Virus record (IMG/VR): IMGVR_UViG_3300020576_003018
Span: 13,126-77,125 of that record
DNA length: 64,000 nt
Strand: one strand, 5' to 3'
Source of the DNA: a virus
Taxonomy: Duplodnaviria > Caudoviricetes
Numbering within the stretch: position 1 is the stretch's first letter; each line of letters begins with the position of its first letter. Made by a program: the position numbers and the translations under genes. Shown piece after piece: positions 63,898 through 64,000 of the stretch. The notes below the pieces were generated by a model. It saw only the letters and a program-made list of their open reading frames with translations. It was not told where the DNA came from and made no database searches.

Positions 63898-64000
63898 CTG
63901 ATCAAAAATCTGAATCTACAAATGAGAAATTTCCTCCCGGAACACTGTTTTTTAGCACGCATACTGGCCTTTCTTTCGTGGTTGTGAGTTGGAAGGAAAC
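63894..64000 (+). CDS. Array-family protein, truncated by the window end
   Basis: KFPPGTLFF, FVVVSW. Confidence 0.55.
   Translation, partial: MTDQKSESTNEKFPPGTLFFSTHTGLSFVVVSWKE

Noticed and set aside
378-63962. Numerous overlapping antisense or alternate-frame ORFs in the track (e.g. 378-1340, 7436-8044, 46495-47205, 51684-52331)
   Set aside because: Shadows of motif-bearing genes on the other strand or frame, with no recognisable features
1-64000. Genome-wide TAG recoding (code 15), suggested by two in-frame TAGs
   Set aside because: Long genes have no internal TAG, and many genes end cleanly at TAG before promoters or next genes (28111, 29019, 34840, 55021)
20061-64000. Array as a diversity-generating retroelement or an integron cassette array
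   Set aside because: No reverse transcriptase, TR/VR pair or tyrosine integrase in the window; genes overlap directly and leave no room for attC sites. Such elements elsewhere in the genome cannot be excluded

Overview
This 64 kb window looks like part of a large (jumbo/huge) bacteriophage genome. It is gene-dense, has sigma70-type promoters, and shows no rRNA, tRNA or CRISPR array. From 0.1 to 9.4 kb there is a minus-strand glycosylation cluster (several glycosyltransferases, UDP-glucose dehydrogenase, NDP-sugar epimerase, two methyltransferase-like ORFs, an exostosin-like GT). From 9.4 to 21.9 kb and interspersed later are nucleic-acid and host-takeover enzymes: PD-(D/E)XK nuclease, GMP reductase, two different RNA ligases, NUDIX hydrolase, TnsA/gp4-like nuclease, RuvC-like resolvase, R-S-E ADP-ribosyltransferase, ferritin-like protein, metallophosphoesterase, GGCT, tRNA 2-thiouridylase MnmA next to a Zn-deaminase, DEDDh exonuclease, P-loop kinase and amidoligase. 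The dominant unexplained structure runs from 20 to 64 kb: roughly 80 tandem, translationally coupled 65-160 aa ORFs with one shared motif layout (predicted SH3/KOW-like beta-barrel, inference). They fall into local subfamily blocks, many headed by leaderless promoters, with a recurring upstream motif, in-frame micro-duplications, frameshifts and nonsense codons, suggesting an actively expanding and decaying paralog library. A second intergenic repeat appears inserted in-frame inside ugd. All functional calls come from motif reading only; no database search was run.
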